The translations under genes were made by a program, and so were the position numbers. From Asterias rubens (lineage: Eukaryota), in assembly GCF_902459465.1 (NCBI RefSeq), contig NC_047082.1, positions 1,488,001-1,552,000 on the forward strand: DNA of 64,000 bases, read 5' to 3'. The notes below the pieces were generated by a model that was not told the origin of the DNA, did no database searches, and saw nothing but the letters and a program-made list of their open reading frames with translations. Positions 62,201 through 64,000 of the stretch are shown one piece after another; the first letter of the stretch is position 1; every line of letters starts with the position of its first letter.

Positions 62201-63111
62201 ACAAATGGTGCTAGATGGTAATTTGGCTGGTTACCTTATTTTGGTATGCATAATTTTGTTATGCTTAGCTATGTGTGCTAGCAGCTCCATGCAACAGGGG
62301 CTTGCTTGGACCTAGCCTGAACATCTGACGTCACGCTTCGAGGCTCGTGAATAAGGCCAGAGACCCGTCTCCAAACCGGCGTGTACTTTCACCTTTGGCC
62401 TTCATTCATTTCACATAGAAATACGCAGTCAAATTCTATTGCGGACATGACAGCATTGTACTGTTTGGGCATAGAAAGCTCATGTCACTGCACGTATTGT
62501 ATCTAATGGAAACACTGGCTCTGAGAGCAGGGACCTGTCTGTCTCCTTGCGGATAAAGACAAGGGCCAAGTCTATACAAGCTTGGACTCATCTATAATGG
62601 GTGACTTTTTGCGACACTAGGTGGCAGCAGACTTAACAGGTAAGTCCATTGTTCTTGCAAATGTGAGCATCCTTATTAGAACTACGTCAACAATGGAATA
62701 ACTCAAATGGAGGCTAGAAGGAGAAATAGTCCCCTTAATGTGAACATTTATGTCATATACATTAACGCCATTGTTTATAGGGAACCAGACAACAAGATGG
62801 TGGTATTTTATAACGAAGACCCATTAAAAATGCATCCTATACCAGACACCTCAGCTATGCACATTGGCTGTAGAATAGGGCTTGGGCGTTCCGGACAAAT
62901 CCATTGCCTGCCGAGATTCGGTCCGGCCCTAAAGCTTCACATTCCATAACGGTTCTTCCAGTCAGATTCTATTTTTTTCTGACTTTGCAGGACAGAAGTT
63001 GCTTACAACGAGACGACTCAAGAAGTGAACAGCGCCCTCTTGACCTTCTCGCTCTTTGTTGAAGGCAACAAGACATCGGTGCCCGTTACCTTCCGCCTTC
63101 AGCACATTGAA
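53298..63111 (+). CDS. Second adhesion GPCR paralogue, 5' portion (signal peptide, mucin stalk, start of GAIN); continues past window end
   Basis: Exons 53298-53321, 53711-53735, 54941-55689, 57637-57816, 59010-59057, 59944-60052, 60685-60822, 61992-62061, 62991-63111 match exons 1-9 of the upstream aGPCR in phase. Four lengths are identical (24, 25, 48, 109 nt). Sequence similarity includes STENEMDVVSDTEDAMKVLA vs [30 protein letters not shown] vs [10 protein letters not shown], and VNSALLTFS vs VNSALLSFS. The N-gap at 53899-54410 could hide extra sequence. Confidence 0.85.
55020..55610 (+). repeat. Coding tandem repeats of second aGPCR stalk: 21-bp PNATTAN units, then eight 33-bp TTDQSTxMYQx units
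   Basis: Visible in the translation of exon 54941-55689. Confidence 0.95.
55868..55992. repeat. Second, truncated copy of the 13488-13611 repeat (lacks the hammerhead)
   Basis: tttggtttgcggtaacaccatgtgtgtatctactt...gacttctcagttctg is shared with 13488-13611. Confidence 0.85.
57240..57611 (+). mobile_element. TTAA-flanked MITE family C, full copy
   Basis: TTAA|AGCCATTGGACACTTTCGG...CCGAAAGTGTATAATGGCT|TTAA. An internally deleted copy lies at 18393-18546 and a partial inverted copy at about 59159-59305. Confidence 0.82.
59533..59893. mobile_element. MITE with about 37-bp TIRs
   Basis: TAAGGCCAAGTAAAAAAAACAAACATGTTTCACGTCC / GGACGTGAAACATGTTTTGTTTTTTCTCGGCCTAA. Confidence 0.7.
61115..61464 (-). 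mobile_element. tRNA-derived SINE, same family as 3251-3608
   Basis: Reverse complement of the 3251 copy, with a (CAACT)n-type tail. Confidence 0.85.
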
Positions 63112-64000
63112 GTAATCATTAACCAATCCTTGAGCATTGTTGATCTTTAACTAGTTAATGTCGGAAATCTTCAAATACTTTTCTCCTTCCAAGAAATTTG
63201 TTTTGCATTCCAAAGGTTCCCCCCCCCCCAAAAAAAAAAAATAGACAGGTTTTTGGAGGGTTGTTGTCAGGACCATTTTTCTCAGAGAGCACTGCTGTCA
63301 CAAAGAAACCATGACCTAACAAAATCACGGCAGCAAAAATTCTGTAGCGACAATTTTTTAAGAAAAATCTTCAGAGTTAAAATTTCTGCAGGGTTCTGTT
63401 TCCTCCAACCGACACGCCCCCAATTGATCCCCTCCCATGAAAGCCCAGTGAATGTAAATGATGGTGGTGTTGATATACCTTGCCTGGAGAATTTACAGTC
63501 CTGAATCTAGCTTGAAAAAAAAACCTCAAATATTCTCAACAAAATTTCAAATGTAAACTGTCTTCGCCTATTCTGCGGCTTGTGCCTGTATTTACCAATT
63601 AATTTTGTGTATTGACAAAAACGAGCTGTCAGTCAAATTGCCCGATTTGTAATTTTCTTGTTAGGATACTGGCACAGAAATACGTACCATTGATGATACA
63701 GCATTTTATGAGGTCAGAACACCCATATGCACATTTTGGAACGAGATTAACGAAACGTAAGTTTAAATTTATTTGTGGCCATTACAACCTCATAGCTGCT
63801 TTTAGCAAATACCGTAGGTAAGCACAACAAAATGTTGCTTACCAGAACTATTATTATCTGGCAATGAAACCAAGGATGTCTCATAAGTGAACTTAATAGT
63901 CACTGGAGCTCACAACGTGAGAAAACCTGTAAATGCTATCAAAAACGCATAGCTAGTCTTAAGTTACTCGTCCTAAGTCAAGATAAGACTAGTCCTAACT

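Overview
AT-rich, intron-rich animal genomic DNA from a gapped scaffold (4 N-gaps). It is probably an invertebrate deuterostome, and the repeat families look sea-star-like; this is an unverified inference. Hand-building GT-AG exons with consistent phases gives five genes, all on the + strand, and almost none of them is captured by the supplied ORF track. (1, 2) Two tandem 5-exon non-vertebrate-type AANAT-like GNAT acetyltransferases (2840-6106, 7465-10577). (3) A 16-coding-exon SLC5 Na+/solute symporter of the SLC5A8/A12/A5/A6 clade (19908-30655, about 610 aa). (4) A complete 23-exon ADGRD1/GPR133-like adhesion GPCR with a large Ser/Thr/Gln mucin stalk (34738-50336, about 1511 aa). (5) The 5' part of its tandem paralogue, which has the same exon plan but an unrelated, N-glycan-sequon-rich stalk (53298 to beyond the window end). 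A possible terminal exon of an upstream gene lies at 804-884. Introns and intergenic DNA hold many non-autonomous transposons: TTAA-flanked MITEs, a Ginger-like TGT..ACA family, two foldback elements, tRNA-derived SINEs, and a probable Penelope-like fragment carrying a minimal type-I hammerhead ribozyme motif (13734-13777, minus strand). No CRISPR array, rRNA or bona fide tRNA gene is supported. All family assignments come from recalled motifs, not database searches.
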